From Chiloscyllium plagiosum (Eukaryota), in NCBI RefSeq assembly GCF_004010195.1, contig NC_057753.1, positions 7,803,304 to 7,867,303 on the forward strand: a stretch of 64,000 nucleotides of DNA, in the 5' to 3' direction. The notes below the pieces were generated by a model that worked only from the letters and a program-made list of their open reading frames with translations, was not told the origin of the DNA and made no database searches. The translations under genes and the position numbers were made by a program. Each line of letters opens with the position of its first letter. Within the stretch, counting starts at the first letter, position 1. Below, piece after piece: positions 24,011 through 36,610 of the stretch.

Positions 24011-25049
24011 CAAAATCTCATATTTCCTGAAATGCCAAGAGCAGCAGACGTATGCAAACACCAGCATTGTAAGTTCTCGATCACGCCACACACCATCCTA
24101 TCCAGGAACTTGATGGTGATTCATTTTTCGGCCACTTATTCAAAATTCAGCATTTCCTTTCTAACAGGCAAGTACCGGTTTGTCTCCTCCTGAAGATCAG
24201 CAGCACTTCAAGAATTCAGTCTCATAGGCAGGCTGACGAGAATTTGCAACGCACGACTGATGCTGCACCATTGTCGTTACAACACGTCATGAAAAGAAAG
24301 TATTGTTTGACAAATGCACACTATCACGCTATCCTTTTCATTGTACATTACGTGCCACACTGATTTTTGCATTATCGAGGAGTGATCATTATTCTTTCGA
24401 AGATGTTACCTAATGCATAGTATTATTAATTCTTTTTCTGCCAGAGGTGAATTGTTATCCATAAGCTTGTATCCATAAGCACATGCAGCTGTTTTATCCT
24501 AGTGAGAGTCATATTTTAATTTGAAAAGCAAAGAATAGACATTTGATCGCTGATTAATGAACGGTAATCTGCATATTTGCATCCTCTATGGGCAAATTTA
24601 ACAGTATATTTTTCATATAGTCGTTAGGTTACGAGTGTGTGTGTGTGTGTGTGCATGATCCACTGCAGTCTAAGTTGTGTTCTACATTCACATTTATTCA
24701 TCCCTTGTCGTGCTTTATTTTACAGAACAAAATGAGATGGAGTGGGTGTTGCTTGAGTGTGAACCATAATTGCGAAATGCTCCATTTTCATTGCAGAACT
24801 TCTATTTATATGACTCCCCTAACGGTGGCTCTCGCCTTGAATTAACATTCAGATATCTTCAACAATATGGTTATGGAATGCTTTCAATGCATATCGAATA
24901 TTAGGAATCATGTTCAATACATTTCTAGTTCTTTCTTGGTGGTTTCATTAGAGTATTTCAAACTCCACTTTACGTGTAATGCTTTGTTCGACATTTCATT
25001 ATCTTAAACCAGGATACCAGTGTCACCGTTTTTACAAAATCAAAACATA

Positions 25050-25252
25050 CATTTCTGGGAGCATTTGTGTGGGGAAAGCAGAGTTTTAGTTTCGCTTCCA
25101 AGACACCCTTCTTCAAGACTGATTGATCATTGAAAGATTCCTGGACAGGAAACCTTCACTTTCCCTCCTCTCCACAGATGCTGCCTAAATAACCCTTCGG
25201 GGGGTTATTTTGTCCAGAAAATTCAATTTCAGTTTCTAATTTCCAGCATCCA
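25050..25252. repeat. Decayed palindromic element with hammerhead remnants
   Basis: Inverted blocks gcatttgtgtgggg and ctctccacagatgc. The minus strand reads ttgaagaagggtgtcttggaagcgaaac. Confidence 0.45.
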
Positions 25253-27109
25253 TCGTTCACTTTTTCTTTTATCCCCCTGTTGTCATGGATAAGTTTCTGT
25301 CGAAACTATCAGAACCAATGTTTGACATTTCGACCTGAGTTAGAAAAATCGAATGAGAAAAAAATGACAGATGCAGAAGACGGTGTTAAATGTCAAGTTA
25401 TGCACTTTTTGTGAAAAATAAAGAGGAAGAATATTATTTAAATAGGGAAGCTTAGAAAGTGTGGATACAAAAACAGATCTGAGTATAAGTTTACACCAGT
25501 CAATGAAAGTTTACAGGCAGATCCGAAAAGACATTACGAAGACAAATGCTCTATTTGACTTCATAGAAAGATGCCGTGAAACTATATACACGATAGAACA
25601 AAAACAGCGCCTCTTCAACACAACGCCTGGCGTTACGTGTCATCTACATGTGCTGTGTATGACTGAATATATAGTATTTTGATTCCTCTTCTCCCATTCA
25701 TACTTATTTAGTGATCAGTGTTCTCGTAGTCAGGCACATCCTAGCAGTTAGAAAGCCCGCAAGACATTATTTACCAGAACAATGGAGAGGATCACAATGA
25801 CTCAGAGATGGTGACAAGATGAATGTCTATGGGTATCAATATACATATTTTTCTATTTCAGTCAGATTTATTCTATTTTACTCATTATATTTTACAACTT
25901 TTCTGTACTTTATAATTTTCAGTATCACTTTATTCAGGTTCAATCTTTAATAAATCCAATTTTATTTCGGAAGAATGCGGATTTATGTTCAACAGCGGTT
26001 GACCACCTGTGTCAATCCATTCATTTATGCAGGAACACAGAAGAAATTGATAAAAAAGAATTACAGATTTCCCAAACAAATTTAAGAAGCCTGCTTGCTG
26101 AACTGTTAAGATTATAGAAGTAACAACGTCCAAAATCAAATTCCCAATGTCTTACCTGCATTTGCCATTTCTCCATTCTAAACGAAGTCTGTAATCTCAG
26201 TCACTTTGTCATTCACTTTGGAATCATGACAAATCATTAGTTCCTTCTGAAGAAAGTGTTTAGGCCAAGCAATCATTGCAACAATTTCAAATTAGGCCTA
26301 GTTTTTTGGAAAAAAAATCCGTGCAAAATAGTCATCAGATGGACAAATGTGGATTTGTTAAGCAACATTTCTGCAGTTTTCTGATGATGTTTTAAAAAAG
26401 TGATGAAATCATCACTTCGTTTGATGTTGCTTAAATAGCCCTCATAATGGCAGATTGTATCGTGCTTCATAATCAACTTGGAATGAAAGCGATATCTGTT
26501 CTATTAAAAAAAGGAGCAGTTTTAATGTTGAATCAAACTTGACTGCCTGAGAGGAAACAAAAAGTAACGTGTCATATATATTTTTTAGCCTAGGAGAAGT
26601 ATGACTTTTTAAGTGCTCTGGGATCAGAATTGGAACCTACATAATCTTGAATTAATTCAAACCACGGTTACAAATGTAGTAATACCCAACAAGTCCCTTT
26701 ATCTCATCAGTCCATGTTCACTGGCCGACGCTAACTCTCAATCAAGGAATACCATTATAATAAATAGTCATTTTTGCTTTCAAACCCCTACATACATACA
26801 ATTTTTATTTTTTTAAACTATCTCCAGTGCCACAGCTCCCCTGCATTTGCCTCCCTCTAATTCAGGCATTGTGCACATTCTGGGTCATATTACCTCCATC
26901 AGTGGTGAATACATATTCAGTTACCGTGGTCTCACGTTGTGCTATTACTCCCAAACACCCTTCAGCTTGTTTTCCCCATTGTGAATCTCCTCACTGACTG
27001 AAATTTTGATCATCCGGCCTGTTGTGTTACTTTTCGCTATATAATGCTATTTGGAAGTGATATGCATAATTTGTAATGATAACTAAGCAGGCGCTTTGTT
27101 GCATTTATT

Positions 27110-27400
27110 TCCTGGAGGGCACTTAAGAATCAACCACATTGCTCTTCGTCTGGAGTCACATGTAGGTCAGACGAGGTAAGAATCGTTCTCTGGTGGGCAC
27201 TAGTGACTGATATGTGTTTTTTTTTCAGACGTTGACAATGTATGAATGATTATCGTTAGGCTCTTAATTTCAGATTTTCTTCTTTATTATTGGCTTCGAA
27301 TTGCACCATCTGTGATGGTCATATTTGAACACATGCACCCATCACCTAGGTCTCTGTGTTAACAATCCAGCGTAAATACAACTCAGCAATCGCCACTCCC
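27110..27400 (-). mobile_element. Decayed SINE, probably DeuSINE/SacSINE1-like
   Basis: gggcacttaagaatcaaccacattgct...tctggagtcacatgtaggtcagac; related to 5135-5440. Confidence 0.55.
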
Positions 27401-27849
27401 ATTATTGTGTTCATTGAAAAAGGAAACATCTTCAAAATCACTTACCCCTTAGAGAAACTGACCAAAGCACAATTCGGATACAGTTAATCATGTTAATGAC
27501 AACTGAAGTGACCAAAATTAAAATAAAAGTAAAAAAAATATAAATGTTTGGATGTGAATAACGAAGGCGTCAGATGTAGAAATGCAAGGTCAGAACTTGT
27601 GTCAATTTGGATACAGATTGAGTAAGGATAAGGCATTTTCTCTCCATGTATTATATTGTGTTAATGATATGGATGAAGTGATCTGTGGAGAGCGAACTGA
27701 AGAATGCCAAAACAAATTCAGGCGCATAAATCTGAGTCAGCAATATTCAGTCATTATTGGTGATACTGTTCGATGAATGTTAACATGGCAAAACGTAAAC
27801 TGAAATGTTAACAAGAATGCAAACACAGGAAGTTTGAGTTTGAGTTATA

Positions 27850-28260
27850 AAATTAGACTGGATAGGCTTTAGATTCCTCACTGGAGTGTAGGAGCTTGAG
27901 CAGCGAAATCATAACATTTTCTCAAATCAGGAGGGGTATAGCTCGAGTTAGTGGTGGAGATTTCAAGACTTGGAGACACACTTTTAAGATGAGAGGAGAG
28001 AGACTTTAAGACACGACAGGCAATTGTTTTCCATGAATGATTGTTCGCATGTGGAATGAACCTGCTTAGGACGTGGAGGAGGCTTGCACAATCAAAACAT
28101 TTATAAGACATTTGGAGAGGAAAATGAACAGGAAACGTCTGGGGCGATAAGGGCCAGAAGCATGCAGCTGGCTTTAATTTAGGTTATGATCATGTTCGGC
28201 CTGGACAGATCAGACCAAAGGGTATGTTTCCATACTCAGTTACTCAATGACTCTATAACA
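27850..28260 (+). mobile_element. CR1 3' fragment
   Basis: gactggataggctt...gagaggagagagactttaag...tggaatgaac...atgactctat. Confidence 0.75.
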
Positions 28261-28874
28261 CAAAAGATGAATGCAGTGCAAACCATAACAACGATGCAAT
28301 AATGGAATACAAAGTAAGATCTTGAATGTAAGTGCTACATATTCTATGAAACATTTTGTTTTCACATCTGTCAAGAACTTTTCAAAAGTTTGTGTTCTGC
28401 ACTTTACTGATGATAGTGTCAATAGGGACTTATATAATTGTTATACTGACACGAGTGGAATGATATATATTGGCTTATCTTACTTACTTAATCTAAACAA
28501 TATTTAGGGAAGTAATATTTAATGCTAAGCAACTAATTTATGAACAATTTTTTGCATTTGTTCCCCTAACCTGTATCCCACACTGAATCGGAGATAAGTT
28601 GGCATTTGAGCCATACTTCGATGATTTGAATATGCCATGGAATTGAGAGGTGAAAACATGAATAAAACAGTGAGCTATCTTTGTATTTAGATAGATGTCT
28701 GATAAGTAACAATATATAACTTATATAGCAAGATCAGTTATCCCATGATGGAATTAATCTTCTGTTTTAAACTATCATGCATCATACAAATAGAAAAAAT
28801 ACGCTCTGGGGTCACATGTACGTCCAATTAAAAAAGTGGGAATCAAGTGGGATTTTATGAATATCATTTCATTT

Positions 28875-29200
28875 AGGGTGAGCACGGTGGCTCATTGGTT
28901 AGGACTTCTGCTTCATAGAGCCATATACACAGATTCTATCCGACTTCCATTTGACTCTCTTTGCCCTTTCTCCCCGTGTTTGTTTGTGTTTTCTCCTGGT
29001 GCATTGGTTTCATTCCACAGTCCATAATTGTGGTTTCGCCACAGTGAATTGGACATAATATCCAAGAATGTGGAGGTGACGTGGCTTAGTCATGGTAAAT
29101 GCATAGTTATAGGGAAGGCGGGGTTTTGGATGGAATGCTCTTCAAATGTTTGGTGTGGACTCAATGGACCTTCTATTGCAGTCTTGGCATTCTATGAGAT
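28875..29200 (+). mobile_element. HE1-type V-SINE, decayed
   Basis: A box ggtggctcattggttagg, V-domain remnant ttctccccgtgtttgtttgtgttttctcc...ccacagtcca, HE1-like 3' end. Confidence 0.75.
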
Positions 29201-31103
29201 CTAAGTCGTTCGGCAGCAAAAAAATGTTTATTCGTGGCAGACGTTTGAGAGGAGCTCTTCCTGGAGGTAATGCATTTCTGTGCATATTATTCGCAATTGA
29301 AGAATAAACAAAGTAAACATGTATGCTTTGGCATGAGAATGGCATGCTCTAGAAATTGTGTTTTGGAATCGGGGAAACAGCTGGAGCTTCTAATTAAAAA
29401 CAAACTTAGGACAAATTCGATAGTTCAGCAGAATGTTGGAGAAGGCTGCAATTGAAACGCATTTGCTCATGAGTATAGGAGTTAGATTTGCAATTTATAA
29501 ATGTTACATGACCTCGTTGAAAGGGGTTTTCAAACGTTTATCAACCTGAAATGTTTCTTTGAAACCATGTACAGGTTATTTGAAGTTAGGAAAGTTTGAG
29601 CTCAATATAACATCGCATCCACCTATCAAGATTATGAATTGATAGTTAGTAAAGGCAAACTTTAAGCAGGTGATATGGAAAGACGTTCGCTCCGTGTGAA
29701 GCCTGAAAAGGTGTGATTTTTGAATAATTCGAAATTCATTTAATCATGTGTTTCAAACCATTACATTTGTGTTTTATATAAGTAACTTGGTTTTGTACGT
29801 TTTGCCTTCTTTTATGTTGAATGCCACACTTTTGTGCGCGGTTACGCTCAAAACCAACGAATATATGTGTGTGCATCAAACAGGCACATTTTTTTTAGAA
29901 TCAAAATAAAGAACCGTACTTAAATTACCACATGCTATCATGAATTCGAGATGATTAGGGCATCTCATCGATATTCAAATACTGAAACAGTTATTTGACC
30001 TTCACTGCATTATAACATAAAATAGTACTCCTCACGTAAAGAAATATAGCATCAAAATTCAACTTGGATATTACTCGATTAATGATGGAATTTAGATAAG
30101 AATCCAGCCAGCAATGTCTGTATCTGTGTGTGTTAGGGCTCGAATTTATGCATCGTTGTTCTCTGGAGCTCTGCTCGTAAGAAATCATGGAGTTTAATTC
30201 TTACACAATTTTCCACACTTCAACTTTGCGATATATTCCTAAATATTGGAAGCCTGCACCTTGCCTCACGATCAGAATTATCTTCCTTTGTCCTTGTTAA
30301 ATTTGGAATTTGATATCTGTTCGAAGACAGTTTTCCTGTGACTGACTCTTTAAATTCTACTGAAGGGAAATCAGTTGGCCTTGTGGCACAAGGCACCCAT
30401 TTATCAAGCAGGTATCAAAGCAGTTTTGTTCATGTATCTCCGACTGCTTCTTCTCTCAGACATGACTAACTGGTTTCAATTCCAGCAGAACACTTTGATC
30501 TTTTCCTTTAACAGTTTGCTCCAAGCAAAATTATTGTGGCTTTTTTCAATCCTTGAACTGTTGTGAAAGTTCTGACAAATAAAAACGAATTTATGAGGCT
30601 GGTTGGAGTCAAGCATTTTAAAGCGTTTGCCAAAGAAACTACTTATCTTACAATCTCCCTAATGTTGCAACACCTAAGAATTTTTATGGACTAATAATCT
30701 TAATAATATTATGCTCTCAAATTTTATAGTTTTAGCAGTTAGTTGTTGTTTTAAATCTTTTAGATTTTAATTTTAATAATGTTTAATTTTAAGTATTAGT
30801 TTTAAAATATTTTAGTAATAAAGTTTGTCGTCATGGTAGAGGATAGTAAAAGGGTGTTAATATTAAACTTCACACAACAACGCAGCAAATGATGCCAGGT
30901 AAGGGCTTTTAGCCTGTCTGTCTCATAAGTGTAACTCACTTCCCGCTTGGTATTTCTGCGAAAATGATAGAATTGAACCCGTCCCTTTAATATCATCTGG
31001 CTGATGTGTCGCTAAATAGGGGTTGCCTTACACGTCGACGAGCGACGTAATAAAACTCGAAAAAGGCGCAACCAATTCATGATGGCGAGTGCTCTTTATA
31101 TAT

Positions 31104-31597
31104 AAATACCGCGTCATCTAATTAGTGACGTGCATGAACGGATGAACGAGATTCCCACTGTCCCTACCTACTATCTCGAGAAACCACGGCCAAGGGAACG
31201 GGCTTGTCAGAATTATCAGGGAAAGAAGACCCTGTCGATCTTGACTCGAGTCTGGCAATGTGAAGAGACATGAGAGATATAGAAAAAATGGGAGGCTTCG
31301 GCCGCCGGTGAAATACCACTACTTTTATCGTTTTTTTTCACTTACCCGGTGAGGCAGGGAGGCGAGCCCTCACGGGGTTTCGCTTCTGGTCGGAAGCGTC
31401 CGGGCGGCCGGGCTCAACCTGCACGGGGACAGTGGGCAGGTGGGGAGCTTGACTGGGGCGGTACACCTGTTACACAGTAATGCAGGTGTCCGAAGGCGAG
31501 CTCATGAAGGACAGAAATCTCCCGTGGAGCAGAAGGGTAAAGGCTGTCTCGATCTTGATTTTCAGTATGAGTACAGACCGTGAAAGCAGCGCCTCAC
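31104..31597 (+). pseudogene. Dispersed 28S rRNA fragment (pseudogene) followed by an A-rich (TAAA)n tract
   Basis: Matches the conserved 28S core: cgtcatctaattagtgacg.gcatgaa.ggatgaacgagattcccactgtccctacctactat, gaaagaagaccctgt, ggtgaaataccactac, gactggggcggtacacctgt, cttgattttcagta. Many substitutions and no flanking rDNA. Confidence 0.95.
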
Positions 31598-32089
31598 ATA
31601 TAAATAAATATAAATAAACAAATAAATAATAAAGAGCTGGCCAATCCGACTTCAGACAACGAATTGCCGTGCCCAATCATCAATTGAAAGACAATTTTCT
31701 TTGTCTATCTCTACTTCTATCCTTGATAATAAATCTGATTCCTTGTAACCTGTCTTAATCTATAAGTGTCACAGGCCTTCCACAGTGTTTCCTAGGTGCA
31801 TGGCAGCAGTTTGGACTCGCTCACTTAACTTTTACAAGTCAGCTGCAACCTTCCCAACATTGTTATAACATCCGCCATCTGAATGAATATTTGTTCATGA
31901 AGAAGCTGACAAATTTATTGCCATTCCAGTTCGCAAATCTTTACTAGTATTGCACATGTGATGTCGTACACAGATTGAGCTGCCCATGCATAAGGAGGAG
32001 AAAGTGAGGACTGCAGATGCTGTAGATCAGAGCTGAAAATGTGTTTCTGGAAAAGCGCATCAGGTCAGGTAGCATCCAAGGAACAGGAG

Positions 32090-32125
32090 AATCGACGTTT
32101 CGGGCATAAGCCCTTCTTCAGGAAT
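32090..32125 (-). ncRNA. Minimal type I hammerhead ribozyme motif
   Basis: attc-CTGAAGA-A-gggc(ttat)gccc-GAAAC-GTC-gatt. Intact core, perfect stem II, palindromic ACGT in place of helix III, weak stem I. Confidence 0.75.
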
Positions 32126-32130
32126 GGGGG

Positions 32131-32162
32131 CTGAAGAAGGGCTTATTCCCGAAACGTCGATT
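32131..32162 (+). ncRNA. Minimal hammerhead ribozyme motif (mirror copy, stem I missing)
   Basis: CTGAAGA-A-gggc(ttat)tccc-GAAAC-GTC-gatt. One stem II mismatch; the upstream ggggg cannot form stem I. Confidence 0.6.
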
Positions 32163-34289
32163 CTCCTGCTCCTTGGATGCTACCTGACCTGATGCGCTTT
32201 TCCAGCAACACATTTTCAGCTCTGTCCTTGCATAAGTCAACCAATAGAACAACGTAGGTTTAGTCACTCAATCATTCCTTGCAACAATATCCCTGAAAGC
32301 AGCATCACAATTTCTATGTTTGCGATGTTGCTCCAAAGTTTCAGATGCACTGGAAGTTGAATACACCAGTTGACAATCTTGATGAGAAAACTGCTCTGGA
32401 AGTCCTCAACATTGACTGTAAATACCGAAAGCAATTCATTACAATCCCCAGTGGAAATCAGGGCTTCATTCTGTTGAATATCAAATGGAAGTGTTTCTCA
32501 TATCTGCTAGGCCAAAACTATAATCCAAATAGGAGACTTTCCAATAAATCACAAGAGTCATTTTGGTGGACCTGGATTCTCAGATCCTACTGAGAGTGAA
32601 AGAAAATAGTCACTGGAATGCAGCATCAGATGGAGTAACTACAGAATAATATTTCTGAAGATATTGAATATAAATAACAGAACAAGGGTTCAAAATGTAT
32701 TTAACTTCATGGCAAGTGCCATATCTGAGAAAAAGAAAATGCGAACAATGTTCTTGGTGATTCAGAGGAATAAACTTTGGTGTCGTGAATTTTCAATGTG
32801 GGACAGAAGTGCGAGGACATGGGAACGTGGGAAATACAAACAGGAGTCGGCCATTCAGCCCTTGAACTGTTCCACCATTCTCTAAGATGACATATGACCT
32901 GTCCTAGTCTGAACTCACTTTTAGTGCTAACTCTTCAACTTTTTGACGCTTCACAAATTCTAAAAATGATTTCAGTGATGTGGGTTCCACAGGTGGCTGG
33001 AATAGAGAAATTGAGGTATTGGTCACCTCTGAAAGAACAAAAATATTTTCCATCGCAGCCTGAAATTAATGACCCTCATCCAGTAACTATTCTGTAATCT
33101 TTTTTTAAATTGACATGAAAGTCCCTCAAGTAGAACAATGATGCCAATGTCTGCTCTTTCATGACACCTCGGAATATTTTGTGTTTCAATAACATCACCT
33201 CTTCCTCTTATGCACCGAAAACTGCCGAAATCATCAACGGAATCAAGCAGATATATCTATTTTCAAGGGTATTTGATATTCGTATTGAATTTTGAATAAT
33301 GAGGCAAAGAGTTAAGGATTAAACAGCAATGGATTTGAGAAACATTGTTGGATACTGGTCGACTTCAGTGCACCATTATGACGGACAAAATTGTACCAAG
33401 TGACGGTGGGAAAATGAAAATAAAAATCACATGACAGCAGGCACCTCGATAGGATGACGTGCATAGAATTCTGGCACTTCTATAGTGTTGTCGTGGAAGT
33501 TCAGGATAGATTATGGTTAGAGAATAGCGTTCGTTTGTTCTGTTCGAGAATGTGAGAAATTTCTTCCTGTTTAAGAATGGAATGCCTGATATTTATCCCA
33601 TGTTCAGCAAGTGCATAGATTTTACGTCTAAGGTACAAAACCGAACCATGTCCAGTCTACAAGTGCATGAGAAGAGAGATTTGTGTCGAGAGGGTGAAAA
33701 ATCATATTATAGAGATTACGTTGGACAGTGTAATCTGATTGGGAATAGGACAGTTTTACTGCAAAGTAATGCACTGCACGACTATCATTCCGGTCAATAA
33801 ATCAAAAGCATTGATTTAAATCAGCATGCCTCGGGATCTGTAACTCTCCATCATGTGAAATTTTACGACACAACGTTGTCATTCTTCACAGTTGATATGC
33901 CGTTAAGCAACACTCGCCAGAAAAACAGAACATAATATTTGGAGAGCAAGATCTTAAGAAAATTTACAAAATTACAGAATTCTTAGTACGTTGTGTCTGC
34001 ATTGATTCCCTAAACCAGGATCTCACCTAACGCCAATCCACTGTCTCTCTGCGTCACACTGCACATTGCTTCCATACCATAAATATTAACATTTCCAAAT
34101 AAAAGCATCGATTGAACTGAATCAGAAGCGTGACGGGCAAACAGTTCGTAATCAACTATTCCCTCACTCAAGTTCTATAACTTAATTTTCCAGGTCACAA
34201 CAGGCAATATTTTACAGAATGAAGCATTATTGAATTGAGAACATTCAGGAACTGGGTGGGATTTTAATTTGGTCCATGGAGCACTATAT

Positions 34290-34555
34290 TCTGAAGTCAT
34301 ACAATCGTTCCAGAAGTGAAATAGGCCATTTGGCGCATCAGGTCCAGACTGACCCTCTGACAAACATCCCACCTAAACGACATAACACGATATTAACCAT
34401 GCCAATGCGACTACCCTGCATATTGTAGACTGCAAGAGGAAACCAAAGCAGAAATGGGGAGAATGTGAAAACACCACGCTGACAGCCACCCAAGACTGGA
34501 ATCGAATAGTGGCCCCTAGCGTTGTGAGGCAGCAGTAATAACCACCGAGCTGCTC
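34290..34555 (-). mobile_element. HE1-type V-SINE, decayed
   Basis: Colinear with 56072-56389 (ggggagaatgtgaaaac, gtgaggcagcagtaataaccac). Confidence 0.75.
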
Positions 34556-35379
34556 CAGGGCTGTATTAACCAGATGAACGAATGCTAGAAATGATTTCCC
34601 TGGATAGGATGCAAATAAATACATTTCACTGTGTTTTTTTTTAATGTGACAATAAGATATATCAAATCACATTGAAATCTCTCACGCATCTATTCAGTGA
34701 ATTCTACTGGACGGCTTAGTGAGCAGCATATAATCTCCTTATCTACCTCCAGCCTGTTGCTGGGAGGATGAACCAGCATATAGGGAGCTTGTATCCCAGT
34801 AAAGTGGTTCTCTACACCTTCTTCGAGCAGACTGGCCCAAATATTGGATTGCTCTAGCATAACTACGGGGTCACAACCCGGTGAGGATATTAGATATCCT
34901 GGACCAGTTCTGACAGGATGCAGATGGTGACAGCGTAGATCACAGACTTTCTATTGATATGTTTTTCCAATTCAATTTGCATCCAAATTCGACTTGGTCT
35001 TTTCCAAGGCTGAAAAGATGCCTAGAAACATGCACTGTTATGGAGAAAGCCAAGGAAAATGAAAGGATTTGAGGTCAGGCAGTTCTTCCTTCACGAAGTT
35101 AAAACAGTCCTGTAATTTAGGTTTCGGATATTAACGTCAGCTCATCATTTCTGGAGCGTGAGCATGTTTTTTTTTAAGCTGATTTCATCTTCAAGTGGTT
35201 TGCCAGGCAGTTTTGTTTCTCACGTACTTAGGGTCACTCTGTAATTACGGTACATTGTCCATGAGTGAACATTATTAATAGGAATCTTCAGGGACAGGGT
35301 CAGTACGTAGAGGAGTTCAATGGGAATGCATCAGCACTTGTTGGAGGTCCTGAACTACAACGTAAATATTTACAGTGCT

Positions 35380-35665
35380 GTGGAGATGCCGGTGTTGGAC
35401 TGACATTGGACACAGTTAAAAAAAGCTTACAACACCAGGTTGTAGTCCAAGAGATTTATTTGGAAGTATTAGCTTTCGGAATATTGCTTCTTCATAAGGT
35501 ACCTGTAAAGCAGGAACATCAGACACTGAAATAATAGCACTGTGCCTTCTGACTCTGCTCCACATCCCTGATCAAGGAGCAGAGCTCTGAAAGCTCGTAT
35601 TTCCAAATAAACCTATTGAACTACGACCTGGTGCTGTGTGCTTTATTAACATTATTTACATTGTC
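35380..35665. mobile_element. Palindromic Penelope-type element, second family, with decayed hammerheads in both arms
   Basis: Arms ~35415-35499 and ~35567-35650. Plus strand cCTGATCA-aggagcagagctct-GAAAgct; minus strand cCTTATGA-agaagcaatattcc-GAAAgct. Confidence 0.75.
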
Positions 35666-35779
35666 AGCGCAGGAAGTGTATCAGGATTTACGATAGTCCA
35701 TAGGAAGTGGTTCAGTATTTACAGTGCATCCACGAGAATTTTATTTGTATATACAGTGATTCCCACTGGACTCTGTCAG

Positions 35780-36610
35780 TACTCACAGTGGCTCACAGAC
35801 AGTGGGCCAATGTTTAGCAGACGAAGTATGATGTTTACATGTCATTTTGTCAACTTTGCGAGCAAAATAAGGAAGGCAGTTTAATGACTGGATGATGCTA
35901 CATTGAAAATATAACGCTGTTTCAGATAGACCTGGTTGTCCTTTTGCATCATTCGCTAATAATAGTATGCAGGGGTAGCAAGGAGCGAAGAAGGCAAACG
36001 GTATGTTGGCCTTCATGGCACGAGGATTCAGGTAAGACAAAGCAGGAATCCATGTACAAATGGGTTGTACAGGACGTTGGTGAGACAACCTTTTGAATGT
36101 AATGACCAGTTCTGGTCTCCTATACTTGAGTAATGGCTTCTGGAATTGTCACGAAAATTCTGGGCCCGGCCGTGCTGACCCATAAAGAGACACTGGTTCC
36201 ATTTTCAGCTTATTCAGTGAGATTCCGATAAAGGAGTGGGGATCTCATAGAAATCCATAACATTTTAACACGTCTGGAGAAGGTGAAGTAACAACAAATT
36301 TCCCGATGTTGAGAGAATCTGGAACAAGGAATCACAGTCTACGGATATAGCGGTAGAATATTTAGGACTGAGATGAGGAGAAACCTTGTAAGCCAGGGTA
36401 TGGTGAGCCTGTGGAATTCACTGCAACAAAACACAATTGAGGCCAAAGCATTACACGTTTTCAAGAAGAAGTTTAATAGAGATCTTCAGGTTAAAAGAAG
36501 CTCATGTGTATGGAGCCAGTCAGGTCAGACGGCTGCATACAATGATAATAGTTCTCGGAGGCACATATTTGAGTGACCAAATATTCAACTTTTGCTTCTA
36601 ATTTTGAAAG
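35780..36610 (+). mobile_element. CR1 3' fragment, decayed
   Basis: aagaaggcaaacggtatgttggccttcat, cagttctggtctcc, tttaggactgagatgaggagaaac. Confidence 0.8.

Larger units (their letters stand above)
31995..32224. mobile_element. Palindromic non-autonomous Penelope-type element with a hammerhead core in each arm
   Basis: 94-bp inverted arms 32028-32121 and 32131-32224 (3 mismatches, 9-nt loop). Candidate 15-bp target-site duplication ctgcccatgcataag / ctgtccttgcataag. Confidence 0.85.

Noticed and set aside
25187-25212. Hairpin aaataaccc-ttcggg-gggttattt followed by Ts, resembling a bacterial terminator
   Set aside because: The context is eukaryotic and it lies within a decayed repeat. No support for a function.
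31104-31597. Functional rDNA unit
   Set aside because: Short, mutated at conserved positions, and lacking the rest of the 45S unit.
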